Both the position numbers and the translations under genes were made by a program. From contig CAYJOL010000002.1 of the NCBI GenBank assembly GCA_964371785.1, positions 149,229-213,228 on the forward strand: a DNA stretch of 64,000 bases, read 5' to 3'. This document shows, in pieces, positions 38,088 through 48,638 of this stretch. The stretch's first letter is position 1; each line of letters begins with the position of its first letter. This DNA comes from an uncultured Ignavibacteriales bacterium (GTDB taxonomy: Bacteria; Zixibacteria; MSB-5A5; GN15; FEB-12). The notes below the pieces were generated by a model, which saw only the letters and a list, made by a program, of their open reading frames with translations, was not told the origin of the DNA and searched no databases.

Positions 38088-39047
38088 TTATACTCCGTAC
38101 TTGAGGTTGAGTTCCCGGGTCAGCCAGGGGAGGATTTTCCCATCCCTCATATGTGAGACAATACGTTGCCAACTGACTTTTCGTAGCATCCGCGGATTCA
38201 GCAGGGCTTCTCGCGTCCCAACCACGGCGGCATGTCCTTCTCCACCGAACTGAAAAGCCGGATTTCGGTCATCGTAGATGAGTACCACATGCCCACCATC
38301 TAGAGACACCGAATTGTCCGGACGCACTCCTATCGCCAGCACATTCCTGACCAGTTGATAGTTCTTGTAAACCGGACACGGATTCAGGTCCTGATCGTTT
38401 CGCCAATGGAAGAGCTTTGGCACATAGTCCCAATACAAAATTCCCACCTCGGACAATGAGCATCGACTCTTACGCCCTCTTTGAACCGAAAAGGTACCGT
38501 CGCACCAGTCGCTGCGATAGTTCGAGTCATCCGACCGTATCCGGGGACGGGAGCAGGTACCGATTTCCTGCTCGGTGAACTTGCATTCGATCGCTATCTG
38601 ATACTCGCCGGAAAAGAAACCATCAAGGCTGGTTGAACGGGATTCGCCAAGATGGGTAATCTCGTGCTCCATCTCAAAACTGTCTCGCGACACCCTCCTC
38701 TCGCCCAACAGAGCTTCGTCTTCGTCGTCTTTTAGTTCACTCAGAAGATGTATTGAGTCATGCACCACCAGGTTACCCAACACGCTCTGAGCCAGCGCCT
38801 GGGAGCTGTTCATACTGCCGAACCACCGGTGCCTGTCCTTGTCTGGTACTAGGTCAAGCAGACTTTTCCGTTCATTGGGTGTTGCCTCCGGATCGATAAT
38901 GACGTTCCGCCATGCTTCGCTTTTGACAAAGACAGGCGGGCGGTCATCTTGAGCATCCGCTTTCTCAAATAGATTTTGCCCATCTGGGAATATGCGTTTT
39001 ACGTAGTCCCAGTAACGGCGGTTGAGATCGGTTTGGAAATCTGACAT
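38088..39047 (-). CDS. hypothetical protein with possible PD-(D/E)xK nuclease-like core
   Basis: LDGFFSGEYQIAIECK (D ... E-x-K) within an alpha/beta-like region. No other recognisable domain. Confidence 0.3.
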   Translation of the reverse strand: MSDFQTDLNRRYWDYVKRIFPDGQNLFEKADAQDDRPPVFVKSEAWRNVIIDPEATPNERKSLLDLVPDKDRHRWFGSMNSSQALAQSVLGNLVVHDSIHLLSELKDDEDEALLGERRVSRDSFEMEHEITHLGESRSTSLDGFFSGEYQIAIECKFTEQEIGTCSRPRIRSDDSNYRSDWCDGTFSVQRGRKSRCSLSEVGILYWDYVPKLFHWRNDQDLNPCPVYKNYQLVRNVLAIGVRPDNSVSLDGGHVVLIYDDRNPAFQFGGEGHAAVVGTREALLNPRMLRKVSWQRIVSHMRDGKILPWLTRELNLKYGV

Positions 39048-39387
39048 GTTTCTCCCCTTGGTTTAAAGTAGTCTCCTGACCTGGATTGGCAGGCCCGACG
39101 TTGCAGGCGAACTGAGGTCTCCTGCTGAACTGCAATCATAGTCGACCTCACTTTGGAGGAAGAAATCTACTGCTGGACTAACTCCTTTACCCGCCTTGCC
39201 AACCTTGTGTGCGTTTGGCATTAGTCAGCTCATAATAGTTAATCTCCGTCAGGGGGGCAAGCAGGACTTCGCCTCCGATCCCTAACGCTTACATTTTCTC
39301 GCAATCCGGCAACCTATTGACACGCTGGGGCGTATATTGCCATATTGACTTAGCCCGAATCAAAACTGTGGAAAGGGAGAATCCGAA

Positions 39388-40833
39388 GTGATAAAGTGGT
39401 ATAGCTCGTTAGTGATCTGCCTGGTGCTGGCGGGTCCGGCATTCGCCGCCCCGCAGGACTCCTCGTTCGCTCCGCCCGATAAACCCAACGGCGCCTGCGT
39501 GAAGGCGTATTTCGATGCCTATACGGCAGGTACCGAAGCGATGCGCGAGTTTTCGCTGAATTACGTGGCCGATGAGTCACTGAACCGGCGCCCGATGAAT
39601 GAGCGGCTGGAAATGTACAACCAGATGAAACAACAGATGGGAAGCATCCGCCCTGACCATGTTATCAAGTCCGACAGCGCCTCCACCGCCGTGCTTGTTG
39701 AAGGGACTGAGGACCGATGGTTCACCTTCACATTCATGTTCGAGCCGGTTCCTGAACACAAGCTTCTGGGTATTCGAATCGACATGACGGATCCGACCAT
39801 CGCCGATCAGCCGACCACCCCCATGACTCAGCAGGAGTATATTGACTCCCTGAGCAACCGCCTCACTGAAATGGCGAACGTAGACTCTTTCTCGGGTGTA
39901 GTGCTGGTGGCGCGTAATGATATTATCATCTTCGAGAAGGCATACGGTCTGGCCAGCAAGGAATTCAAGGTACCGAACGCGCTGGATACCAAATTTAATC
40001 TGGGTTCGATCAACAAGGTTTTTACCAAGATCGCGATCGGTCAGTTGGTCCAGCAGGGGAAACTCAAGTTCACTGACACGCTGGGCAAATTCCTGCCGGA
40101 TTATCCGGATATTAATGCGCGAAGTCAGGTGATGGTTCGTCACCTCCTGGAAATGTCATCGGGGATCGGCGACTTTTTCGGCGAGAAGTTTGACCAGACG
40201 CCCAAGGATAAATTCCGGACCAATAACGATTTTCTGCCGATGTTTGACAGCATACCGCTGGCCTTTCAGCCGGGGACCAAACGGGAGTATTCCAACGGCG
40301 GATATATCGTGCTCGGGGCAATTATCGAGAAAGTATCCGGACAGCCATACTACGACTATGTCAGGCAAAACATCTATCTGCCGTCCGAAATGAAAAACAC
40401 CGACTGGTACGCGGCGGATGACCCGGTGGAGAATCTGGCCGAAGGTTATTCTCACCCCAATGACAGTTCCGATCTGTATGTCAACAACATCTACACTCGT
40501 CCGGCTCGGGGAAGCGCGGCCGGCGGCGGGTACTCGACAGTTGAGGACCTTCTGAAATTCACTATTTCGCTTCACAACAATCAACTTCTATCGCCGGAAT
40601 ACACGGACTGGTTTTTCTCCGGGATACCACCCGCGGATTCATCGCAGACCGGCCCTGGCCCGCAGATGCCCCGTTCAGTAGGTTTTGCCGGTGGCGCCCC
40701 TGGCATCAATGCGGATATAGAAGCTGATTTCGATGCCGGAACTACCGTAATTGTGCTAGGTAATTACGACCCGCCGAATGCCAGCCGGGTGGCGAACCTC
40801 GCCCGCCAGTGGCTGGAACGGGTGTCGGAATAA
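39388..40833 (+). CDS. beta-lactamase-fold serine hydrolase (class C / PBP4*-like esterase family)
   Basis: Signal peptide, SxxK motif (SINKVFT), and YSN-like motif (YSNGGY). GTG start. Confidence 0.65.
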   Translation: MIKWYSSLVICLVLAGPAFAAPQDSSFAPPDKPNGACVKAYFDAYTAGTEAMREFSLNYVADESLNRRPMNERLEMYNQMKQQMGSIRPDHVIKSDSASTAVLVEGTEDRWFTFTFMFEPVPEHKLLGIRIDMTDPTIADQPTTPMTQQEYIDSLSNRLTEMANVDSFSGVVLVARNDIIIFEKAYGLASKEFKVPNALDTKFNLGSINKVFTKIAIGQLVQQGKLKFTDTLGKFLPDYPDINARSQVMVRHLLEMSSGIGDFFGEKFDQTPKDKFRTNNDFLPMFDSIPLAFQPGTKREYSNGGYIVLGAIIEKVSGQPYYDYVRQNIYLPSEMKNTDWYAADDPVENLAEGYSHPNDSSDLYVNNIYTRPARGSAAGGGYSTVEDLLKFTISLHNNQLLSPEYTDWFFSGIPPADSSQTGPGPQMPRSVGFAGGAPGINADIEADFDAGTTVIVLGNYDPPNASRVANLARQWLERVSE

Positions 40834-40946
40834 TACATCACTTATATGAAATCAGCTCTTCCCGAACGGTGAGTTCAAGAACGCCTTGGTCGATACTCGC
40901 CGTACGAATTCTCTGAGAGCAAATGCATTTGAGATAGGAGGGTGAA

Positions 40947-42605
40947 ATGTCTCGTAGTGTGTGCCTTATGCTGCTCCTGTTGGTAAACTCAGTTGTTTAC
41001 GCTCAGGATGCCCTTGAAAGTGCTGATCTGGATGCCTATGCCCAGACCCGATCGGCCGATATAGCAAAGCTATGGCAGGAAGAGTCCTACAACCAGGCGC
41101 TGGTTATTCTGCGCGAGCTGTACAACACGCCAGGTATGGACAATACGGAATATGCCTGGACGTCGATTCTTTATAACATGGCTTGCGCCTACTCATTGTT
41201 AGGCAACAGCGACAGCGCTATGACATATCTTCAGCGGACTATCGACGCCGGTTTTCAGGATTATGATCATCTGCTTCAGGATAGCGATCTTGACCCTGTC
41301 AGAGCTGACGCTCGATTTCCGCGTTTGCTTGCCACGGCAAAGCGCGCGTCTGAATTCTGGGACAATCCGGCCATTGGAACAAAATACCGTGATGATCTCT
41401 CCGAGGACGAGAAGGTCGCCGGTCTGGCCAAACTCTGGATGGAAATCAAGCTTAACTTTGCTCATTTTGACCATGTGCCGGAGCTTAACTGGGATAGACT
41501 CTTTGTTGCGTTCATTCCCCGTGTTAAGCAGACAAACTCAACGCTCGAGTACGTTCGAATGCTTCAGGAGATGTGCGCCAAGTTGAAAGACGGCCATACC
41601 GGCATTACTCCGCCGCGTGAATTGTGGCCAACAATATGGGCATCGCCGGATATAAGCACACAGCTTATCGAAAAGAGAGTCATCGTAACAAAAGTAGACT
41701 CAGACAGCGCCAGGCAAAGGGGAGTACAAGTTGGTATGGAGGTTCTGGCGATTGATGGTTTGGACGTGAAGGACTACGCCGCAAGGTACGTCCAACCGTA
41801 CATAAGCGCTTCAACACCCCAGGCACTGGATGTCCAGACATATGCGTATTATCTGTTGCAAGGTCCGGTCGACAAACCGATCAACCTTTCTCTTGGCGAT
41901 ACCAATGGTCTAAGGAGCAACGTAACACTCCCGCGGAAAGTGGGATTCTCCTGGCCACCTGTGGTGGAGTACAATGTACTTCCCGGCAATATTTCCTATG
42001 TCGAGTTTACCACTTTCTCGACTGACTCGGCTGTCTTTATCTTCGACACTCTGTTCAACCGGATCTCACAATCCAAAGGGCTTATAATAGATCTGCGGAG
42101 AAACGGGGGTGGCAATTCAAGTGTTGGGTGGGATATCCTCGGATATTTGACAGACAGCGCTTTTGCGACTCTCAAAAGCGAGTCAGTTGATTATTCACCT
42201 CAGCGACGAATCGATGGACGCGCGCAAAGATATTTGGGCTCCGTGTGGACTTCAAACCCGAATGGCATGCACCTCTTCAAAGGTCCGGTGGTGGTGTTGT
42301 CGAGCGCCTTCACCGGCTCGGCGGCCGAAGACTTCCTTGTGGCATTCAGCGCGATGCACCGTGGCGCCATTATAGGCGAACCAAGCAGCGGGTCGACTGG
42401 TCAGCCGTTATTATTCCAATTGCCGGGCGGTATATCGGCCAGAGTATGCACCAAACGCTGCTATTATCCCGATGGTAAAGACTTTGTGGGGATTGGAGTA
42501 CAGCCGGATCTCGTGGTACAACGGACAATCGAAGACCTGCGGCAGAATACAGATGCTGCGCTTAACGCGGCGGTAAAATACATCGAAGCGCGTGTCGCAG
42601 AGTAG
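40947..42605 (+). CDS. S41 family peptidase with N-terminal TPR-like region (paralogue of 19289-20698)
   Basis: Signal peptide; S41 core (GLIIDLRRNGGGNSSVG ... VVVLSSAFTGSAAEDF). Confidence 0.6.
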   Translation: MSRSVCLMLLLLVNSVVYAQDALESADLDAYAQTRSADIAKLWQEESYNQALVILRELYNTPGMDNTEYAWTSILYNMACAYSLLGNSDSAMTYLQRTIDAGFQDYDHLLQDSDLDPVRADARFPRLLATAKRASEFWDNPAIGTKYRDDLSEDEKVAGLAKLWMEIKLNFAHFDHVPELNWDRLFVAFIPRVKQTNSTLEYVRMLQEMCAKLKDGHTGITPPRELWPTIWASPDISTQLIEKRVIVTKVDSDSARQRGVQVGMEVLAIDGLDVKDYAARYVQPYISASTPQALDVQTYAYYLLQGPVDKPINLSLGDTNGLRSNVTLPRKVGFSWPPVVEYNVLPGNISYVEFTTFSTDSAVFIFDTLFNRISQSKGLIIDLRRNGGGNSSVGWDILGYLTDSAFATLKSESVDYSPQRRIDGRAQRYLGSVWTSNPNGMHLFKGPVVVLSSAFTGSAAEDFLVAFSAMHRGAIIGEPSSGSTGQPLLFQLPGGISARVCTKRCYYPDGKDFVGIGVQPDLVVQRTIEDLRQNTDAALNAAVKYIEARVAE

Positions 42606-42701
42606 ACGGCTCCTGTCGCCTCACAAAATCGTCCGCTGAATTGTCTCTTGACAAGATTGTCGATTATCGTATTATTGCGATATTTGACCGGAGTTTTGAC
42701 C

Positions 42702-43028
42702 ATGCGAAAGACCATACCTACCATACCTCCACCCTGTTGCACGCTGGAGATTTCCGGAGTTCAGCAGAAACGGTTTGTCCGGATGGCCCGGGCGTTGGGG
42801 AATCCGATACGATTCGAGATTCTCAAGTTCCTCGTCACGCACCCGGGCTGCATTACCGGGGATGTCGTGGACTATTTGCCAATCGCACAGGCAACGGTGT
42901 CACAGCACTTGAAAGTACTCCGGGAGGCCGGGTGGATTCGCGGGACAATCGATGGTAAAGCTACTTGCTACTGTCTCGACCCGGAAAACGTCGTATGGTT
43001 CAAATCGATAGTCGGCGAGATATTTTGA
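42702..43028 (+). CDS. ArsR/SmtB family metalloregulator (orphan)
   Basis: HTH (NPIRFEILKFLVTHPGCITGDVVDYLPIAQATVSQHLKVL) and an N-terminal CC pair. Confidence 0.7.
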   Translation: MRKTIPTIPPPCCTLEISGVQQKRFVRMARALGNPIRFEILKFLVTHPGCITGDVVDYLPIAQATVSQHLKVLREAGWIRGTIDGKATCYCLDPENVVWFKSIVGEIF

Positions 43029-43079
43029 TATTCAAAGGTTCCGGTCAGCGGCCTGAGAACCGGTTGACGCCGTTCCCTG

Positions 43080-43553
43080 CTAGTGCTTAGCCACATGAAG
43101 GATCTGGCGAATTGAACCGAGATGGTAAGCAGTATGGACAATTGCCGCCTGGATGCCACCCAGATTTCTTTCCAATGACCAGTCCTTGATCGACTTCGTC
43201 AGGGCCACGAGTCGGTCGTGCTCAGCGTGCAGGTCGGTCAAGAGCCTTGCCCAGTCTTCAGGCGTAATTTCGTTTTTCCGCCAGCTTGTCCGCCACTCGA
43301 TTTTGCCTTGTTGCTTATCCTGAATGTAATCCTGGATTACTCGCAGGTAAAAGCGGACATGTTCCACTTGGGCCGCTATGCTTGTTCCGGTTTCAGTCAC
43401 CGGTCGCGAAGCTTCTTCTGCGGAGAGCGAGGCCAGAGTCTCATATAGTGACGTTCCCCTGTCGAGATAGATCCCCTGCACCTTCTCAAACGTTTCTTCG
43501 AGAAAGTCGTGCATCTGTTTTGCAATCAACTCACCTGAAACCTGTTCAGCCAA
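43080..43553 (-). CDS. DinB/YfiT-like (DinB_2) superfamily protein
   Basis: Four-helix-bundle pattern with conserved His (HTAYHLGSI). Confidence 0.5.
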   Translation of the reverse strand: MAEQVSGELIAKQMHDFLEETFEKVQGIYLDRGTSLYETLASLSAEEASRPVTETGTSIAAQVEHVRFYLRVIQDYIQDKQQGKIEWRTSWRKNEITPEDWARLLTDLHAEHDRLVALTKSIKDWSLERNLGGIQAAIVHTAYHLGSIRQILHVAKH

Positions 43554-43641
43554 CTTTGTCCCTTTCTATCGAAATCACTGTCAACAAGGGTGTCTACACC
43601 ACCCTCGATGGCTTCATTCCGCGCACGTGAGTTCAGCGAGC

Positions 43642-44040
43642 TTACTTTCGCGCCAGTGTACCCAGCGCCCACTGTTCCGCTTCATCGACAGCTTCGAAGA
43701 GTCTTACTACTATCGCATCTTCGAAAGCATCGTTCAGTGCAATGAATATCCGTGCAGTTGAGGTGTCCTTTCCTTTCGGAAAGACAATTGCCCACTTACA
43801 CTTTCCAGTCTGCTGTTTGATACGTGAGATGTAAGCTCTGAATCGATCGACGTCGGCCAATGTCCATCTGACCGATGCTCCGGAGAAGTCACACACCGCA
43901 TTCATGCCCATTCGGTAATTCGGATCGCCCAAGATCTTGTTGACCAACTCGATCTCATCATCCACAGTCACGATCCCCCTATGTGTCTTTCTGAAGAGGT
44001 TCTCGTTCGGGAGAACTACATATGTACTCTCCATACACAA
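43642..44040 (-). CDS. hypothetical protein
   Basis: Open frame with coding-like composition. No confident domain. Confidence 0.35.
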   Translation of the reverse strand: MCMESTYVVLPNENLFRKTHRGIVTVDDEIELVNKILGDPNYRMGMNAVCDFSGASVRWTLADVDRFRAYISRIKQQTGKCKWAIVFPKGKDTSTARIFIALNDAFEDAIVVRLFEAVDEAEQWALGTLARK

Positions 44041-44265
44041 CTCCCTGGCTTGGGGTTCACCTAAGCGATTATACGATAATTTTAGTGTATGGGCGTGATG
44101 ACTTTTTTTGTGATCGCATTTTACTTCAGCCGCTCTCGGCCGCGACAGCGCAGAGCGTTTTCGTGTTTTTTGCCGTAACAGATTGGCACACAGAGCATTT
44201 CGAGTAATCTACTTGGCCACGATCAGCCAAGTGGGCTCCCACCAAAAAATGTCTCTAGCCGGCCG

Positions 44266-45311
44266 TTAATGCCAGGAAGTCACATGCTCCTTCAGCCAGG
44301 CGATAATCGCCGGCGGGCCTTTTACCTGCTTGTACCAGTCGGGTCCGATTTTCTCAAGAGAGACAACGCGGCGAAGGATGGCCACTTCGTCGAGCGAATC
44401 GAAAGGCCGCGGAGCTTGATACTGCCGATCGAAAAGCATCGGATAGTTGTACCGGCCGGACAAGTCCTTCATTGCTTCCCTTCCCACTTTGTGCAGTATC
44501 GCGCCGGTGAGCACGTGCTGGTGTAAGAAGACCTGTCGAACCTCGCTGTTCTCGCACAGTCGTTGTACCAGAGGATCTTGATACGCGTGCGTAAATTCCT
44601 TTGCCCACTCCCGCATCACTCCCAGCGCTGGACGTACAGCCAGAAGTCCACAGTGAAAGTATGAGCGGATCCTCTGTTGATCAACCGGCGTAGTCATGGG
44701 AAACAGCATGCTGTCGTCGAGTCCCTGCAATTCATATATGCGCGCCCAAAGTTCATCCGGCTCATTGTCAAAAAGCGAGCCGGCGCGGTTATGCATCACC
44801 GGCGTGTAGGCAAGGTTCAGGTTGATTGGCAGACTAAGTTCATCCGGCTCTTTGATCACGACAGCGTCATTGTCGATCCAGACCATGGTCCCCCGATGGT
44901 CTTCAAGCATATCTCCGCCGTTGCCGCTGCGAACGGCTTGTCGCCGTAAAAGAGCAGACGAGCATCCGAAGGAGTTTCGCAACGGACTATCCGTACTCCA
45001 AGGGACTGCAATCTCCTGACATGACTCTCGGTAAACCAGGCCATGTGCGTCGGCACCACAGTGAGTACGTCGGAGCCTGAATACTTACCTGCAAACTCTC
45101 TAATGCTGGCAACCAGCGTGACCGCATTATTTAACGCCTCGTTGCATTCACAGAATGTGGCAAATGTGATGTTATCGTAACTCATCGGTCTTTCCGGCAA
45201 TGCGCATTGTTTCGGTACGAAGATACCATAGGATATGTTGCGCTGACAAGAGATTCCGGCAAACTGCCGTGGCTGGTCACATGCCGGCAGGAGTAGATTC
45301 AGGCGGCGCAT
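44266..45311 (-). pseudogene. frameshifted gene (two overlapping ORFs, 44856-45311 and 44266-44982), possibly a GT-A-like nucleotide-sugar transferase
   Basis: The two ORFs are in different frames, overlap by 127 nt, and read as N- and C-halves of one ~345-aa protein. A WIDNDAVV (DxD-like) motif is present. Confidence 0.4.
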
Positions 45312-48300
45312 TCAACGGCGCCCGCGGAGCCGCCGATGTCGCCCGCGAAAGAACTTCGCGAATAGTTTGCAGTAGTTGTTCGCGGCGATAAGGTTTCTGG
45401 ATGAGCGCTGCCGCTTCGGCTTCACCCAGGTTCATCTCAAATGCCTCCTTGCTGTAACCACTGGCGAACAAGGTCGGCACACCTGGTTTGATCTGCCGGG
45501 CTTCGAGATAGACTTCATGTCCCCCTACTTTCGGCATCATCAAATCCAGCAGGAGAAGGTCGATACACTCGTGCTTCTTGCGGAAGATCAGCAGGGCCTC
45601 TTCACCATCCTTGGCCAGAAGCACCGAGTATCCGGCTTTGGTCAATATGCGTTCCGTCAATTTTCGGAGGACTTCGTCATCCTCGGCCACCAGAATTGTC
45701 TCTCTACCACCGTCGCTCTGAGCCAGGCCATCGCTCGCTTGGTTCGTGACGTCTTTGTGGTTGATCGGAAAGAAGATTTCAAATCTTGACCCGACTCCGA
45801 CTTGACTATGCACTCTGATGAACCCATTGTGTTGCTTGACAGCTCCGAAAGCGGAGGACAGTCCAAGGCCGGTTCCTTTTCCCAATTCCTTGGTGGTAAA
45901 GAATGGTTCAAAGATATGTTTCCTGGTCTCCTCGTCCATTCCGCAGCCGGTGTCGCTGATGGTCATCCTGACATATTGTCCGGAGATTCCAGAATCCAGC
46001 GATTCATCGATTAACTGAGTGCATTCGGTTTCTATCATCAAAACGCCACCCTTTGCCATGGCGTCGCGGGCATTCACGCATAAATTGAGCACGATCTGTT
46101 CAATCAATCCGCGATCGGCTTGAATCATGCATTTTGCGGCATTAGGTTTGAAAACAAGTTCGATATGTTCACCAATTAGACGTCCCACCATCTTAAGCAA
46201 CTGGGTAAGCACGGTGTCGAGTTCAAGCCGTTCAGTGCTGAGTGTTTTCCGACGGCTGAACGTCAACAACTGGCTGACGAGCCCTTTGGCTCTTCCGATA
46301 GCGGTCGTGACATGAGCAAGTGACGATTGTAGTCGATTATCACCTTTGCTCTCTTCCACCGCGTATTCCGTGTAGCCTTGCATTATTTGCAGGAGGTTGT
46401 TGAAATCGTGAGCAACGCCGCCGGCCAGCTGGCCGATAGCTTCCATCTTCTGCGCCTGGAAGTACTGATCTCGAAGTAGCTCTCGCTCCTCCTCTGCCCG
46501 GACGCGGGAGGTCACGTCTCTGAAGCTCCATACTCGGCCGACAATTTCATTTTCAAGACGCTGTGGAGTCGAGTAGCGTTCATACACCCGGCCATCCTTG
46601 AAACGTAACACATCGAAACTCTCCGCGTCTGGATCTTCGTAAAGATGCTTCACTTTTGCCAGGAACTCCTCCGGCTGTTCAAGCTGACCGATGACATGAC
46701 CGAGGAGAAGGCGGTCATCGCCACCTTCGGCTATGTGGGGAGGTATCTGCCACATCTCGACAAATCGCCGGTTGAGAGAGGCTACATTTCCCTGCCTGTT
46801 GACCACGAGGATACCGTCGGCGGTTGATTCCAAGGTGGCGCGCAGAAGGGAGTGGGAGACGGCCAACTTTGCCTCGGCCTGCTTGCGCTTGCTGACGTCG
46901 CGACAGACACAGAACATGAGCTTCTTTCCGCCGCAGACGGCACCGTTGGTCTTGATCTCGACATCGAACTTTGTACCATCCTTTTGTCGGAATATCGTCT
47001 CAAAGTGATATCCGTTTGCGTCGACCGACTTCGTCATGGCGAGGACTTCATCTCGATTCTTGCCGACGTCCCAATCCCATGCGTGGAGAGCCAGTATTTC
47101 CGGTATCGAATACCCAAGCATCTCGGCGAAACTCGTGTTGGCCTCATAAACACCCGCCTCGGCATCGAGAATTACAATGCCATCTTTTGATTGCTCCAAA
47201 AGAATGCTGCGGCGAAACATTTCGTCAAGCAAGGCCTGCTCAGCTTCTTTTCTTTGCGTGATGTTCAGGTGTGTACCGCACGCGCGCAAGGGTTTTCCTT
47301 CAGCATCCCATTCGATCACTCTTCCCCGGTCGAGAATCCATACCCAATGACCGGATTTGTGACGAAGTCTGTGTTCGGTTTCATACTGCGGAGTAACGCC
47401 TTCAAGATGTGCCCGGACAGCTTCCATAACAGCCGCTAAGTCTTCGGGGTGAACCAGGCATTTCCATGCGGCGAGCGTCGGTTCCAATTCCGCGGTGGTG
47501 TACCCCAGCATTCCTGCCCAGCGCTCATCATATACAACTGTGCCGTTAGTAATATCCCAGTCCCAGATGCCAAGTTCGGCGCCGGAAAGGGCCAGTGACA
47601 AACGAAGTTCGCTCCGGGCTAGCGCTTTGAAATCTTCACGATTCCTGCGCTCGCGGGCGTCGATAGCACGATACGCCCAGAACAAGCCACCCAGGCCAAG
47701 TAACCATAAGATTACCCGCGCATAGATTGCCTCGAGACTGCTTTGCCGGGCGGCATCCAGAAACGGCTGCGCTGGAACGGCGACGCCGACACCTCCCAGC
47801 ACCTCATCGGCTCTCAATCCATCCCGTGCATGACAGTTCATGCACCCATCTGCCGGAGTAATCGGCCGCATCAGTCTAAGAACTTTTTGACCATTGACGT
47901 TGGCGTAGGTAACAATTTCGGTTGCCCCCGACTGAAGCGATTGAAGTGCGGATGTCTCCCAGCTGTCAGGAAGGTCAAGCTCGCCGGGCGGAAATACAAT
48001 CGAGTCAGGCAACGATTGCCATTCCCCAGGGGTTGACCCAGTACCTCTCAACATCGCATGATCGTTCACACGGTCCCGACCTGAAGGATCGATACCTCTC
48101 AGACCGATGAATTGTTTTGTCGGCAAAACTGTATCCGCGTTGAGCAAAGTGTCGCCATCGGGGAGGGTGAACATCCATGCTCTGGCGGTCTGGCCGGTAG
48201 CCAGATGGAAGCGGGCTTCGGCCAGGGCTAGGTACTTTGCTTCTGAATAATTCTGGTGTATCCTGAGGATCATCGAACCCAGTAGGATCAGGGACCAGAC

Positions 48301-48444
48301 TATTCCCGTGACTATAGCCAGACGAACCAGACGGGCATGCCAGTGGGTATCAACAGAACGCTCTCGTGAAGCGCCCCTGTTTCTCACTATGCTATTCTTA
48401 TCGAAATCAGCCTTTTCCGTCATGCTTTCGATTCCACAATCCAT
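45277..48444 (-). CDS. hybrid sensor histidine kinase / response regulator with periplasmic haem-c (CXXCH) sensor domain and multiple PAS domains
   Basis: Two TM helices flank a ~200-aa periplasmic domain with CMNCH (nt 47830-47844). Three or more PAS domains, HisKA (HDFNN), HATPase_c (GTGLGL), and a C-terminal receiver (ILVAEDDE ... LLLLDLMMP). Confidence 0.85.
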   Translation of the reverse strand: MDCGIESMTEKADFDKNSIVRNRGASRERSVDTHWHARLVRLAIVTGIVWSLILLGSMILRIHQNYSEAKYLALAEARFHLATGQTARAWMFTLPDGDTLLNADTVLPTKQFIGLRGIDPSGRDRVNDHAMLRGTGSTPGEWQSLPDSIVFPPGELDLPDSWETSALQSLQSGATEIVTYANVNGQKVLRLMRPITPADGCMNCHARDGLRADEVLGGVGVAVPAQPFLDAARQSSLEAIYARVILWLLGLGGLFWAYRAIDARERRNREDFKALARSELRLSLALSGAELGIWDWDITNGTVVYDERWAGMLGYTTAELEPTLAAWKCLVHPEDLAAVMEAVRAHLEGVTPQYETEHRLRHKSGHWVWILDRGRVIEWDAEGKPLRACGTHLNITQRKEAEQALLDEMFRRSILLEQSKDGIVILDAEAGVYEANTSFAEMLGYSIPEILALHAWDWDVGKNRDEVLAMTKSVDANGYHFETIFRQKDGTKFDVEIKTNGAVCGGKKLMFCVCRDVSKRKQAEAKLAVSHSLLRATLESTADGILVVNRQGNVASLNRRFVEMWQIPPHIAEGGDDRLLLGHVIGQLEQPEEFLAKVKHLYEDPDAESFDVLRFKDGRVYERYSTPQRLENEIVGRVWSFRDVTSRVRAEEERELLRDQYFQAQKMEAIGQLAGGVAHDFNNLLQIMQGYTEYAVEESKGDNRLQSSLAHVTTAIGRAKGLVSQLLTFSRRKTLSTERLELDTVLTQLLKMVGRLIGEHIELVFKPNAAKCMIQADRGLIEQIVLNLCVNARDAMAKGGVLMIETECTQLIDESLDSGISGQYVRMTISDTGCGMDEETRKHIFEPFFTTKELGKGTGLGLSSAFGAVKQHNGFIRVHSQVGVGSRFEIFFPINHKDVTNQASDGLAQSDGGRETILVAEDDEVLRKLTERILTKAGYSVLLAKDGEEALLIFRKKHECIDLLLLDLMMPKVGGHEVYLEARQIKPGVPTLFASGYSKEAFEMNLGEAEAAALIQKPYRREQLLQTIREVLSRATSAAPRAPLNAPPESTPAGM

Positions 48445-48638
48445 CCCGGTGGGTTCTTTTGTAACTTCATCGCTATTTGAATGTTATCGACAAAACGGGC
48501 TGTGTTTTCAATCACTCGCACCAGATATTTGTCTTGACTCGCTCGATTACATACCGGATACGGAAACACCGAATTAACTATTTACTGCTTAACGAATTAT
48601 GAGTGGGTCACAGATGAGCATGAGACATTTCGGATATG

